Positions 30,612-40,033 of a stretch of DNA of 64,000 nucleotides are shown here, piece after piece. The notes beneath the pieces were generated by a model. That model saw only the letters and a list, made by a program, of their open reading frames with translations. It had not been told where the DNA came from and did no database searches. The position numbers and the translations under genes were made by a program. How positions within the stretch are numbered: position 1 is the first letter of the stretch; every line of letters begins with the position of its first letter. This stretch comes from Candidatus Eremiobacteria bacterium (GTDB taxonomy: Bacteria; Vulcanimicrobiota; Vulcanimicrobiia; Vulcanimicrobiales; Vulcanimicrobiaceae): NCBI GenBank assembly GCA_963737065.1, contig CAVTRC010000001.1, forward strand, positions 2,272,001-2,336,000, in the 5' to 3' direction.

Positions 30612-32044
30612 TCGTCAATGTAACCAACGCCGATTGGAGCGCGATCGCACCGCTCTCGATCGTCGCAGTAACGGCGCTCGTCGTCCTCGTCGCGGACCTG
30701 CTCGCGCGCACACATATCAACCGCTATGCCGCAATCGTCATTGCCGCGATCGGGATCATTGTTGCCGGCATCGTGGCGTACGATCAATTCCGTAGCGGCG
30801 TGAATTACGGCGCCTTCGGCGGCGCGTTCATCCTCGGTGGGTTCAGCACCGTCTTCGAAGAGATCATTCTGATCGCCGCCCTCGGCTCCGTCGTGCTCTA
30901 CAGCGCAATCGGACGCGACGATCGCATAGCCGGCGCAATCTCGCTCGTGCTTTGGTCGACGAATGGCGCCATGTTGATGGCGGGTGCGGGGAACTTGATG
31001 ATAATCTTCCTCGGCCTCGAATTGCTTTCGCTTGCCCTTTACTGTTTGTGCGGTCTCGCCGATCGTCCGACGGCGCGCGAGTCGGCGCTCAAGTATCTGA
31101 TTTTGAGCTCGATGGCGTCGGGGTTTTTGGTGTACGGCATGGCCCTGCTCTTCGGCGCGAGCGGAAGCGTGGCACTTGCAGATCTCACGCAACCTGCAAT
31201 GGCAACGAACCCAATGTTTTGGATGGGAGCCGGCATGTTCTTCGTCGGTCTCGCATTCAAACTGAGCCTCGTACCGTTCCATGCATGGTCCCCGGACGTG
31301 TACGAAGGCGCTCCGCTGCCGGTCACCTCGTTCATGAGCGTGGCAACGAAAGCAGGAACGCTTGCCGTACTTGCGCGTTTCGTGTACGCCGCGATTCCGT
31401 CAGGCACCGGCGATACGCTGCTTCTTCCGATTTGGATCGTCGCCGCGATTTCAATGATCGCGGGAAACGTCGGCATGCTCGCGCAGCACGATCTCAAGCG
31501 CCTGATCGCGTACTCCGGTATCGCGCAGGTCGGCTACATTTTGACCGCGCTTGCGGGCGGCACGCCGCTCGGATTACGCTACGCGATCTACTACTTGGCG
31601 GCGTACACGTTCATGAATCTTGGGGCGTTCGCTGTGGCTGCGTTGATTTCGAGCGATCGTGAAGAAGGTTCGCGTCTCGCGAACTACCGCGGACTGGGAC
31701 GCCGCCATCCGGCGGGTGCGGCTTTCATGACGTTCTTCCTGCTCGCGATGGCGGGTCTGCCGCCCACCGCCGGATTTCTCGGCAAAATTCTCATTCTGTC
31801 GACGAGCGTCAGCGCCGGATATGCGTGGCTCGGCGCTGTTTTGATCGTCGGTACGGCGATCTCGCTCTACGCATATGCGAAGGTCATCCGTCTGATGTAC
31901 CAGCGCGACGATCACGCGCACGTTCACGAGGCGCAGCCGACCGTTCCGCTCGCGTGGGCGAGCGCGGTCGTGTGCTTCGTGCTCATCATCGCGATGACGT
32001 TCTATCCGCTCACGCCAAGCAACGTACTGCCGCTTGTGAAATGA
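30608..32044 (+). CDS. nuoN: NADH-quinone oxidoreductase subunit N
   Basis: ESALKY, FKLSLVPFHAWSPDVYEGAP, KRLIAYSGIA, AGLPPTAGFLGK. ATGA overlap with nuoM. Confidence 0.96.
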   Translation: MIVNVTNADWSAIAPLSIVAVTALVVLVADLLARTHINRYAAIVIAAIGIIVAGIVAYDQFRSGVNYGAFGGAFILGGFSTVFEEIILIAALGSVVLYSAIGRDDRIAGAISLVLWSTNGAMLMAGAGNLMIIFLGLELLSLALYCLCGLADRPTARESALKYLILSSMASGFLVYGMALLFGASGSVALADLTQPAMATNPMFWMGAGMFFVGLAFKLSLVPFHAWSPDVYEGAPLPVTSFMSVATKAGTLAVLARFVYAAIPSGTGDTLLLPIWIVAAISMIAGNVGMLAQHDLKRLIAYSGIAQVGYILTALAGGTPLGLRYAIYYLAAYTFMNLGAFAVAALISSDREEGSRLANYRGLGRRHPAGAAFMTFFLLAMAGLPPTAGFLGKILILSTSVSAGYAWLGAVLIVGTAISLYAYAKVIRLMYQRDDHAHVHEAQPTVPLAWASAVVCFVLIIAMTFYPLTPSNVLPLVK

Positions 32045-32484
32045 CACGTCAGCCCGACGTCTTTGCGTCGATCGGTGCGACCGTTCGAGCCGTGCGCGGG
32101 CGGCTAGACCGCTCGTTGCAAGATGCGGGGCTGCGACTGGGGCAGTACCAGCTCTTGCGTGTGCTGTGGGAGCAAGACGGGTTGACGCCGCGCGAACTTG
32201 CGGAGCGTCTCGACGTCGAGATGCCGACGGTGACGCGGACGGTTCAGCGTCTGCTGCGCGACGGCTTCGTACGCCGCGAGGCGCATCCCGCCGACGCGCG
32301 CTCCGTTCGTATCTACGTCACGCAGCGCGGCCGGGAGCAACGCGAACGCGTCTTCCGGATTCTCGACCGCGAGACCGAGCACGCATTGAACGGCTTCACA
32401 CAGTCCGAGCGCGAGAACCTGGTCGCGCTCATGGAGCGCATCGCGGAGAACCTCCGTCACGACCGCGACATTCCGCGCGCTTGA
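32041..32484 (+). CDS. MarR-family transcriptional regulator
   Basis: QYQLLRVLWEQDGLTPRELA...PTVTRTVQRL...GFVRREAHPADARS winged-helix. ATGA overlap with nuoN. Confidence 0.9.
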   Translation: MTRQPDVFASIGATVRAVRGRLDRSLQDAGLRLGQYQLLRVLWEQDGLTPRELAERLDVEMPTVTRTVQRLLRDGFVRREAHPADARSVRIYVTQRGREQRERVFRILDRETEHALNGFTQSERENLVALMERIAENLRHDRDIPRA

Positions 32485-32524
32485 AATAGGAGTAGAATAG
32501 AAACGTCAGCACGGAGGGCCACCG

Positions 32525-33742
32525 ATGGGTCGCGGGTTTATTGTCGCTTGGGCTGCATTCGCCGTTATGGGAGCGGCGATTTGGGCTATCCCGGCTCACG
32601 CGCAGCTCAATCCCGTACCGATGGTTACGGCCGACCCCGAACATCTCAATCCCGGCTTCGCCTCCGACCCGATGGGCGCGATCACGAGCACGCGAGAGCT
32701 CATCGCCGAGGGCAAGATGGACGAGGCGATCAAGCACCTCGAAACGTACGTGGTCGCGCATCCGATGGAGCCCGCGCCGCGTCGTTTTCTAGGCGACCTC
32801 TACTTCCGTACCGGCCAACTGAGCCGCGCGAAGTTTACTTACGAAGAGTTGCTGCGCCAAAACCCGGCGGATAAGGAAACGCATAACCGTCTCGGCACCG
32901 TGCTTGCCGTGCAGAATCACGTCGATGCGGCGATCGATCAGTTCAATAAGGCGCTCCCCGGTACCGATTCCGTTGACGACCTCGTCGCGTTACACACGCG
33001 CAGAGGCGATCTCGCGAGCTACCTCGACGAAATCCATCGTCTCTCGAAGCAATATCCGACCGATCCCGCGATCCAAGGCGAAGTCGGTCAAGTCTTCAAT
33101 GCGTTGCGTCAGCCGTACGAGGCGAGCGTGCACTTTCGTCAAGCGCTCGATGAAGACCCGAAGAACCTCACCGCGATCAACGGTCTCGGATTGTCGCTGC
33201 TCATGATGCACGAGTACGCCGACGCCGAGCAGCAATTCGTCAATTGCATCGGCCTCGATCCATACACGTATCAGTGCGAAAACAACCTCGCGGCAGCCGA
33301 ACTCGAAGCACATCACCTCGACAAAGCGAGAGTCGCGTTGGACAAAGCGTTCCACCTCGCTCCCGAACGCGCGGAGACCTTCGTCAACTACGGTTTCCTG
33401 GCCGACGTTGAAGGCGATTGGCAGAAGGCGGTTTCGTACTACGCGAAATCGATTCAGATGTTCCCTTATCTGCGCGAATCGTACATCGATCTCGCGATCG
33501 CATACGAAGAACACAAGATGTATCCGCTGGCGCAAGCGGCGTTGATCAAGGGCATCGCTTCGGTCAACGATGACGGACGCATGCACTTCCTTTTAGGCAA
33601 AGCGTACGAAGCGCAAGGCGACCGCCGCGACGCAATGGCCCAATACAAACTCGCCGCCGCCGGCACCGACCCCGATGCCGCCCGCATCGCCAAGCTTCAA
33701 GTAAACGACATCAGCAGCAACGGCAAACAACCACAAGAGTAG
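32525..33742 (+). CDS. Secreted tetratricopeptide-repeat protein
   Basis: Signal peptide ending AHA, many TPR-like repeats (LGDLY, HNRLG, NGLG, NNLA, LLGKAY), SD GGAGG. Confidence 0.85.
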   Translation: MGRGFIVAWAAFAVMGAAIWAIPAHAQLNPVPMVTADPEHLNPGFASDPMGAITSTRELIAEGKMDEAIKHLETYVVAHPMEPAPRRFLGDLYFRTGQLSRAKFTYEELLRQNPADKETHNRLGTVLAVQNHVDAAIDQFNKALPGTDSVDDLVALHTRRGDLASYLDEIHRLSKQYPTDPAIQGEVGQVFNALRQPYEASVHFRQALDEDPKNLTAINGLGLSLLMMHEYADAEQQFVNCIGLDPYTYQCENNLAAAELEAHHLDKARVALDKAFHLAPERAETFVNYGFLADVEGDWQKAVSYYAKSIQMFPYLRESYIDLAIAYEEHKMYPLAQAALIKGIASVNDDGRMHFLLGKAYEAQGDRRDAMAQYKLAAAGTDPDAARIAKLQVNDISSNGKQPQE

Positions 33743-33784
33743 CCGTTCATACCGATCCTTCGGACACGTTCCGGATGGGACGCG

Positions 33785-34171
33785 TTACGATGGCGTGTTG
33801 ACGTTGGGCGGCTTGAACAATAGGCCGTCGATTTTGTTGTCGGCGTCGAGATGAATGAGTATGTCGTCGGTTCCCTTGTCGAAGTGTGCGATGAATCTTG
33901 CGGGAGTGAATTCAATGCGTTGGTACTTGCCGAGCGAATCGGTGAGCGAAGCCAGAATCGCGTCGACTTTACTTGCGGGAACTTGCGCAAGAAACGAATC
34001 GCTGAACCATGACGGATCGGCATGCCCTGTGCGCAGCATCGTATCGACGCGCTCCGTTGCGATTGCGATGGGCGACGGTGATGCGGCGGGTGCCGGCGTA
34101 GGATCCGTGCGGCCGGCGGTTGCCGAACAGATAAAAAGCAACGCCAGCATAACGCCTATATATGTACGCAT
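33785..34171 (-). CDS. Small secreted protein resembling the Cpe/LpqF (ORF12 N-terminal-like) domain
   Basis: Signal peptide and Pro linker, then WFSDSFLAQVP...LGKY...DADNKIDGLLF. Confidence 0.65.
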   Translation of the reverse strand: MRTYIGVMLALLFICSATAGRTDPTPAPAASPSPIAIATERVDTMLRTGHADPSWFSDSFLAQVPASKVDAILASLTDSLGKYQRIEFTPARFIAHFDKGTDDILIHLDADNKIDGLLFKPPNVNTPS

Positions 34172-34400
34172 GGTGCGCGCGCTTCCGCGCTCGCGCGTGC
34201 CTTCCTCTGCGATACCAGCGAAGTCTCGCGCCTGAGCGGAATCCATAACGGCGTGGGCTGCGTCGAGGACCCGGTAACGAACAGCGGGTGCAGCAAGAAC
34301 GGGCGATCGGTACGATGCATTTCGCAAAACGCCTGAAGTCTTGCACGGGCATCGCCATGGCGTACGACGATCGCGTCCGGCGCTCGCGATCACCTCTTGG

Positions 34401-35582
34401 TTACCGGTGCGCGATTCCGTCGGTAAATCGCTCTAGGTCCGCGAGAATCATCGCACGATGCTCGTCGAAAAGCGGCAGCTCGTGCAGCACGCCGCGCGCG
34501 TCCCACGTGCGCTCGATCATCGCTCGGACGTCTCTGCGCACGATCGACATCGGAAGACTTGCCCGGCGCGCGAAGCGGCGTAGCCTATCGTCATCGTAGA
34601 TCGCGCGATCTTTCGATTCACCAAACGATAAGGCAAGGTTATGATCGACGTTCGGATACGGAAGCGTGCTGACGTAGTCGTACGCCGGCGAAACCTGCGG
34701 TGTTCGCGCATCGCGATAGATCAGCGATGAGTTTTTTAAATGCATGTCGCCGTTGCCGATCATGGCATTGAACGTAATCCGGCGGATGAGTTCGCGCGCG
34801 TCGGTGAAGGCACCGCGCTCGTTCGTTAGTCGCACCATATCCGCGTACGTGTAATTTTTATATTTCTCATGCGGAAATTGCCCGAAGGCTTGATTGAAGT
34901 CTTCGGTGTGGACGCGCAGCGTGTCCGAAGCTCGATCGAAGCGTCGAATCGCAAACGCCATGCCTCGCACGTTGAAATCGGCGGGGATGCCGGTAATCTC
35001 GTCAATAGGCACAAGACGTATTTCCGGCACGTCGATTCCGGCAGCTTGCGCGAATCGCAGCATCGAGTATTCGTTCTCCGTGAGGCCCGGATAGTTGCCG
35101 GAGGACAGCTTTACGATCCAGTCGCCGCCGAGACCGTGCACGGGAATCGTCAATGCGTCTGTTTCCGTAAGCAGTGCACTGAGCTTCAATTGGACGCCGG
35201 GAAGGGAGAAGGTCAGCGCATCGCTAGGCGGCGGTGCAACTGGTTGCGATGGCGATAAGACAACCGCTCCGATCAAGTCTGCACCGAGATACGTCAGCAG
35301 CGGAAAGTCCCGCTCCGGCGAGACGTCCAGATGCTTGGCGATGAGGGTGCGAAGGCCACCTTCCGGGAGTAGGTTCGCGAAGAACGGAGGTGCGAGGCGG
35401 TGTGTCCGTCCTGTCGACTCGAGGACGGAGCCGTCATGAGACACGAACGATTGGCTAAGAACGGGACGGTCGTGGTCCGCAACGTACTCCGGCGTAAACG
35501 CGAATACGGTGGAGTCGTCCGGAAGGTTCGTCAGGTGTCCGACGAGCGTGTCGCGTAACGAGACAGCGAGGGTCTGAATCAC
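34401..35582 (-). CDS. hipA: HipA-family kinase toxin
   Basis: PPFFANLLPEG, FSLPGVQLK, WIVK, RRFDR, GNGDMHLKN, SPAYD. GTG start overlaps the antitoxin stop (GTGA). Confidence 0.92.
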   Translation of the reverse strand: MIQTLAVSLRDTLVGHLTNLPDDSTVFAFTPEYVADHDRPVLSQSFVSHDGSVLESTGRTHRLAPPFFANLLPEGGLRTLIAKHLDVSPERDFPLLTYLGADLIGAVVLSPSQPVAPPPSDALTFSLPGVQLKLSALLTETDALTIPVHGLGGDWIVKLSSGNYPGLTENEYSMLRFAQAAGIDVPEIRLVPIDEITGIPADFNVRGMAFAIRRFDRASDTLRVHTEDFNQAFGQFPHEKYKNYTYADMVRLTNERGAFTDARELIRRITFNAMIGNGDMHLKNSSLIYRDARTPQVSPAYDYVSTLPYPNVDHNLALSFGESKDRAIYDDDRLRRFARRASLPMSIVRRDVRAMIERTWDARGVLHELPLFDEHRAMILADLERFTDGIAHR

Positions 35583-35827
35583 ACCGGCATACTTGCAATG
35601 ACCCCTTCGACGAGCCGCGTCGCTCGTTTCGGCACAAGCATCGGCGTCAAGTCCAGCGCCGCGGCCAGTTGGTGAAGGCGCGAGACACGCAGATCGGCGC
35701 CGCGTTCTACTTCGGAAAGCCACGCCTGGGTGACGCCTGCCCGCTCGGCGAGCTGCTTTTGCGTTAACCCAGCCCGTAGACGCGCTGCGCGGATCGCCTC
35801 CCCGCTATACGGAATGGCATATACCAC
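35579..35827 (-). CDS. Xre/HipB-like HTH antitoxin
   Basis: IRAARLRAGLTQKQLAERAGVTQAWLSEVERG. Directly upstream of hipA. Confidence 0.88.
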   Translation of the reverse strand: MVYAIPYSGEAIRAARLRAGLTQKQLAERAGVTQAWLSEVERGADLRVSRLHQLAAALDLTPMLVPKRATRLVEGVIASMPV

Positions 35828-35862
35828 ATATCGAATATACGCTATTGCGTATACCCAAGCAA
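35806..35862 (-). promoter_or_regulatory. Sigma70-type promoter and palindromic operators of the hipBA-like operon
   Basis: TTGCTT(35862-35857)-N17-TATATT(35839-35834). Perfect TATACGC-TATT-GCGTATA at 35836-35853 and a near copy TATAC-N8-ATATA at 35806-35823. Confidence 0.7.
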
Positions 35863-35875
35863 TGTCGTATCCGTT

Positions 35876-36256
35876 TTACTTTCGAGCGATGCAGTCGATT
35901 TCGACTCGGACGCCGCGCGGTAATCCCGCGACGGCAACGGTCGATCGCGCGGGTTTTGCGGCGCCGAAATACTCGCCGTAGACTTCGTTGACGGCTTGGA
36001 AGTCGTTCATGTCGAGCAGAAAGATCGTCGTCTTCACGACGTCGTCGTAGTTGTAACCGGCCGCCGATAACACCGCGCCGAGATTGCGGCAGACTCGGTC
36101 CGTTTGCGCGGCTACGTCCCCTTCGACGACGTTCATCGTGTTCGGATCGAGCGGAATCTGCCCCGAACAGAACAGTTCGCTGCCGTTTTTTATACCTTGG
36201 CTGTACGGTCCAATGGGCGCCGGCGCGTCGTTGGTTTGAACGGCCTCACGGCTCAC
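35876..36256 (-). CDS. ridA: RidA/YjgF-family imine deaminase
   Basis: APAPIGPYSQG, SGQIPLDP, VVKTTIFL, PARSTV, LPRGVRVEID. Confidence 0.93.
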   Translation of the reverse strand: MSREAVQTNDAPAPIGPYSQGIKNGSELFCSGQIPLDPNTMNVVEGDVAAQTDRVCRNLGAVLSAAGYNYDDVVKTTIFLLDMNDFQAVNEVYGEYFGAAKPARSTVAVAGLPRGVRVEIDCIARK

Positions 36257-37287
36257 GCGTTCACCGCGTCGCGCGTCATGACGCCTTTGAATGCCATCGG
36301 CGGTTCGTCGGTGATATCGAAGTTCTTGGCATACAGCTCGTCGATCGTACGCATCTCTTCGTCGGTGAGCTCCGGCGTCTCCGGCGCTTTCGCGAACTCG
36401 ACCAGCTGTTCGCGATCGTAGATGTTCGGCAGGATCGTCATCACGCGCGGCTCGCGCAACAGCCATTGAATCGCCGCTTGTCCGAGCGTGCGGTTCGGAC
36501 GTTCCAAGAAGCGCAGCTGCTCTACTTTTTTGATACCGTTCGTCAGCCAATGACGCGGGCGATGCCTGCGATGGTCGTTCTCAGCGAAAACGGTGTCTTC
36601 CGTATAGTGGCCTTCGAGCATACCGCTCGCATGCGGGACCCGAATCATGTAGCCGGTATCGGCCTTTGCATCATACGCCGCTTTGATCTGCTCGTTGCCG
36701 GGATATTGCTCGAGAATGCTCCAGATGATCTGCAGCGATGAGACGTTGTGTTTCTTCACCGAGTCGACGCCTTCGTACAAGAATCCGATCGCCGGTCCAA
36801 GCGCGATCCCGTACATCCGAATCTTTCCTTCGCGCTTGAGCTCTTCGAGCGTCGTCCACATCTGCTCGTCGTTCACGTGATCCATCTTTGCATTGTGCAC
36901 CTGATAGATATCGACATAATCGGTGCCGAGGCGGCGGAGCGATTCATCGAGTGCCTTGCGAATGTACGCGGGCGAAACGTCTTGCGGTAATTCGTTTTGG
37001 CCGCGGCGCGCGCTCGGATTCGAATAGATATCGTAGCCGAACTTCGTCGCGTAGACGACGTCGGCGCGGCGCGAACCGAAGGCTTCGCGCAGCTGTTCCT
37101 CGCTGCGCCCGTTGCCGTACGTATCCGCCGCGTCGTAGAACGTAATGCCGAGGTCGAACGCTTCGTGCAGCATCTTCACGGCATCATCGTCGCTCATCTC
37201 ACCCCACCATCCGGTCGAGGTAGTCCACATGCCGAAGCCTATTTCGCTGACCGTGACGTCGGAGTTCGGATACGTGCGGTACTTCAT
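36253..37287 (-). CDS. Aldo/keto reductase
   Basis: VSEIGFG, YDAADTYGNGRSE, TKFG, SLRRLGTDYVDIYQVH, EGKIR. Confidence 0.92.
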   Translation of the reverse strand: MKYRTYPNSDVTVSEIGFGMWTTSTGWWGEMSDDDAVKMLHEAFDLGITFYDAADTYGNGRSEEQLREAFGSRRADVVYATKFGYDIYSNPSARRGQNELPQDVSPAYIRKALDESLRRLGTDYVDIYQVHNAKMDHVNDEQMWTTLEELKREGKIRMYGIALGPAIGFLYEGVDSVKKHNVSSLQIIWSILEQYPGNEQIKAAYDAKADTGYMIRVPHASGMLEGHYTEDTVFAENDHRRHRPRHWLTNGIKKVEQLRFLERPNRTLGQAAIQWLLREPRVMTILPNIYDREQLVEFAKAPETPELTDEEMRTIDELYAKNFDITDEPPMAFKGVMTRDAVNA

Positions 37288-37346
37288 CGTGCTTTTGCTC
37301 CTTGGCGGGCGGGCTTCTGAACCGCACGGCGCCAACCCTCACTATT

Positions 37347-38771
37347 GTGGAACAGTCCAGCCTCATTGAAGAAGACTTTTTGCGGGTGAGCCGCTGGATC
37401 GACCAATACTTCCAGCACCCCGAGCGTTATGCCGTCCTGCCGAACGTCCGCCCCGGGGAAATTGCCGCGCAACTGCCCGACCACGCGCCCGAGAGCGGCG
37501 AGCCGTTCGAGCACATCCTCCGCGATTTCGAGCGCATTATTGTGCCCGGCATCACCCATTGGAATCACCCGCGGTTCTTCGCGTATTTCGCCACGAGCGC
37601 CGCGCCGGTCGCGATCATGGCCGAAGCGCTCGCCGCGACGCTCGACGTCAAAGTCATGCTGTGGCGCACGTCGCCCGCGGCCGCCGAACTCGAGTCGGTC
37701 GTGATGCGCTGGCTCGGGCGTTTATTGGGCGTTCCGCCACGCTGGACGGGCATCATTTACGACACGGCGTCGATCGCGGGTTTCACTGCGCTTGCAGCGG
37801 CGCGTGAGTCGCTCGGATTCGCGATCCGGGAGAGCGGCATGACGGGCCGCGATCTTCCCGTGATGCGGATCTACGCAACCGAGCACACGCACTCGCACAT
37901 CGAGAAGGCCGCGATCGCGCTCGGCATCGGACAAGTTAACGTCGTCAAAGTCGACTGCGACGCGCGCTTGCGCATGAGTCCCGCCGCATTGGAAGCAGCA
38001 ATCGAACGCGATCTCAAGCGCGGATTCCGGCCGTGTGCCGTCGTCGCGACGGTCGGGACGACGTCGACGACATCGATCGACCCCGTCGCAAAGATTGCCG
38101 AGGTCACCGAACGCTTCGGCGTGTGGCTGCATGTGGATGCCGCATATGCCGGCGTTGCGGCAATCATTCCCGAACATCGCGATGTGATGGATGGTGTCGA
38201 GCGCGCAGATTCGCTCGTCGTCAATCCGCACAAGTGGCTCTTCGTTCCGATGGATCTTTCGGTGCTGTATTTGAAGGACGAGGCGACCGTGCGCCGCGCG
38301 TTTCGTTTGGTGCCGGAGTACTTGACGACGACCGACGCCGACGTGCGTAACTACATGGATTACGGATTGCAACTCGGCCGCCGCTTCCGTGCGCTCAAAC
38401 TGTGGTTCGTGCTGCGCCATATGGGTGCGTCGGGGATGCGCGAACGCCTTCGCGCGCACATCGCCCTCGCTCAGCTCTTTGCGTCGTGGGTTTCGGCGGA
38501 GCACGACTGGGAAGTCCTCGCGCCTCATCCGTTCTCGGTTGTGTGCTTTCGCTTCCATCCTTCGGGATTCGGCGACGAGGCCGAACTCGAACGGCTCAAC
38601 GCGGCGTTGCTCGATGCGGTGAATGCCACCGGCGAAATGTTCATCTCGCACACGAAAATCGGCGGCCGCTATGCGTTGCGGCTGGCCATCGGGAACCTTC
38701 GGACAGCGGAAGCCGATGTGCGGGCAGCTTGGTCGATTCTGCAGCGCGAAGCAATGAAAGTTCCGGCATGA
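37347..38771 (+). CDS. Group II PLP-dependent (aromatic-amino-acid-type) decarboxylase
   Basis: THWNHPRFFAYF, SPAAAELE, HSHIEKA, GTTSTTSID, LHVDAAYAG, NPHKW, GRRFRALKLW. Start approximate (GTG 37347). Confidence 0.9.
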   Translation: MEQSSLIEEDFLRVSRWIDQYFQHPERYAVLPNVRPGEIAAQLPDHAPESGEPFEHILRDFERIIVPGITHWNHPRFFAYFATSAAPVAIMAEALAATLDVKVMLWRTSPAAAELESVVMRWLGRLLGVPPRWTGIIYDTASIAGFTALAAARESLGFAIRESGMTGRDLPVMRIYATEHTHSHIEKAAIALGIGQVNVVKVDCDARLRMSPAALEAAIERDLKRGFRPCAVVATVGTTSTTSIDPVAKIAEVTERFGVWLHVDAAYAGVAAIIPEHRDVMDGVERADSLVVNPHKWLFVPMDLSVLYLKDEATVRRAFRLVPEYLTTTDADVRNYMDYGLQLGRRFRALKLWFVLRHMGASGMRERLRAHIALAQLFASWVSAEHDWEVLAPHPFSVVCFRFHPSGFGDEAELERLNAALLDAVNATGEMFISHTKIGGRYALRLAIGNLRTAEADVRAAWSILQREAMKVPA

Positions 38772-40033
38772 GCCGCTTGCATGCCCTGATGATTGATGGC
38801 GGCGGCGAAGACGGCACTGAGCGGATCGCGGCGTTGCAACGGGCGGGGGTCGAGGTAACGGTCGCCAGCAGCATTGGTGAAGCGGTTCGTATAGTAGAGC
38901 GGCAAGAGGGCTTGCACGTCGCCTTGTTCGATATCGGGTTGTTCAATACGTTGAGCGCCCGCCTCGCTGCCTCCATCGAAGAACTCCAGCGCCAACGGAT
39001 ATCGGTACTTCAATTGAATCAACTGAAGAACGATCTTATCGCCGTGCTCGCGCATGATATCAAGGGACCGCTGACGTCGATCGTCGGTTTTGCGGAGCTC
39101 CTCGAAGAGGGCTTCCTGGAAGGCGACGCGGCGACGGATGCTGCGCGTACGATTCGCTCGAACGCCCAGCGCCTTGCGACGCTTGCGAACGATGTGCTCG
39201 CGCTTTCGCGCGTGGAGCACGGCGAATTGGAAATCGCCGACGAGCGCGTCGACCTCGTAAAATTGATCCAAGAAGCGATCGACCTTCACGCGAGCGAGCG
39301 CGAGATTACATTTCACCACGACGTTGCGGAGGCATTCGTCCGCGGCGATTCGGAACGCTTGCGCCAAGTGTTCGACAATCTATTGCGCAACGCGATCAAG
39401 TACTCGCCAAACGGAGAGTCTGTTTGCATCCACGTATGCCTCGACGGAGAGTCATACGTTGCGTCGGTCGTCGATCGCGGTATCGGAATACCGGAAGAAG
39501 AACGCGAGCGGCTCTTCGACCGTTTTTCACGCGGATCGAACGCGCGGCGCGCCAAGATTTCAGGAACCGGCATCGGCCTGTTCATCGTCAAGATGATCGT
39601 GGAACGCCACGGCGGTGACGTCAGCATCACCAGCAAGGTAAGTGAAGGAAGCCGCTTCGAGGTGCGTTTGCCCCGCATCGATGCGGCCGACTCCTTGCGT
39701 CCGATGCGCGTCACCTTGCTCACGCATGACGCGACGCTTTCCCGCTTCGCAGCGTATGAGTTGCGCACGCGCGGCTATCGCGTGCGCGAAGCACCATCGC
39801 TCGAACAGGCCGCGAGCAGAGATTTGCGAACGGGAGACGTGCTCGTCGTCGACGACGGGGTCGCGCCGCTCGGCGAACTCCGTGCATCGGTCCGAGACGA
39901 CGTCTCAGTGCGCCTCGTCGGACTGGGAGAACCCGACGACAACGGTTGGGATGCAACGCTGCCCAAGCCGTTCCTCGTGACCGATCTTCTGCGCGCGATC
40001 GATTCGCCGGCGGATCGCCTCGTCCGTCAATAG
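38768..40033 (+). CDS. Cytoplasmic histidine kinase flanked by degenerate receiver-like domains
   Basis: AHDIKGPLTSI (H box), NLLRNAIKYS, DRGIGI, GTGIGL. C-terminal VLVVDD...LPKPF. Confidence 0.88.
   Translation: MSRLHALMIDGGGEDGTERIAALQRAGVEVTVASSIGEAVRIVERQEGLHVALFDIGLFNTLSARLAASIEELQRQRISVLQLNQLKNDLIAVLAHDIKGPLTSIVGFAELLEEGFLEGDAATDAARTIRSNAQRLATLANDVLALSRVEHGELEIADERVDLVKLIQEAIDLHASEREITFHHDVAEAFVRGDSERLRQVFDNLLRNAIKYSPNGESVCIHVCLDGESYVASVVDRGIGIPEEERERLFDRFSRGSNARRAKISGTGIGLFIVKMIVERHGGDVSITSKVSEGSRFEVRLPRIDAADSLRPMRVTLLTHDATLSRFAAYELRTRGYRVREAPSLEQAASRDLRTGDVLVVDDGVAPLGELRASVRDDVSVRLVGLGEPDDNGWDATLPKPFLVTDLLRAIDSPADRLVRQ

Noticed and set aside
17746..32044. Long antisense or alternate-frame ORFs such as 23433-24521, 24425-25621 and 21467-22375
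   Set aside because: Shadow ORFs expected in high-GC coding DNA, Arg/Ala/Ser-rich with no motifs.
34172..34400. Small gene between the Cpe/LpqF-like gene and hipA
   Set aside because: No frame has a convincing RBS, motif or composition.
33785..35862. Mobile element or prophage carrying hipBA
   Set aside because: No integrase, transposase, att-like repeats or phage genes seen.
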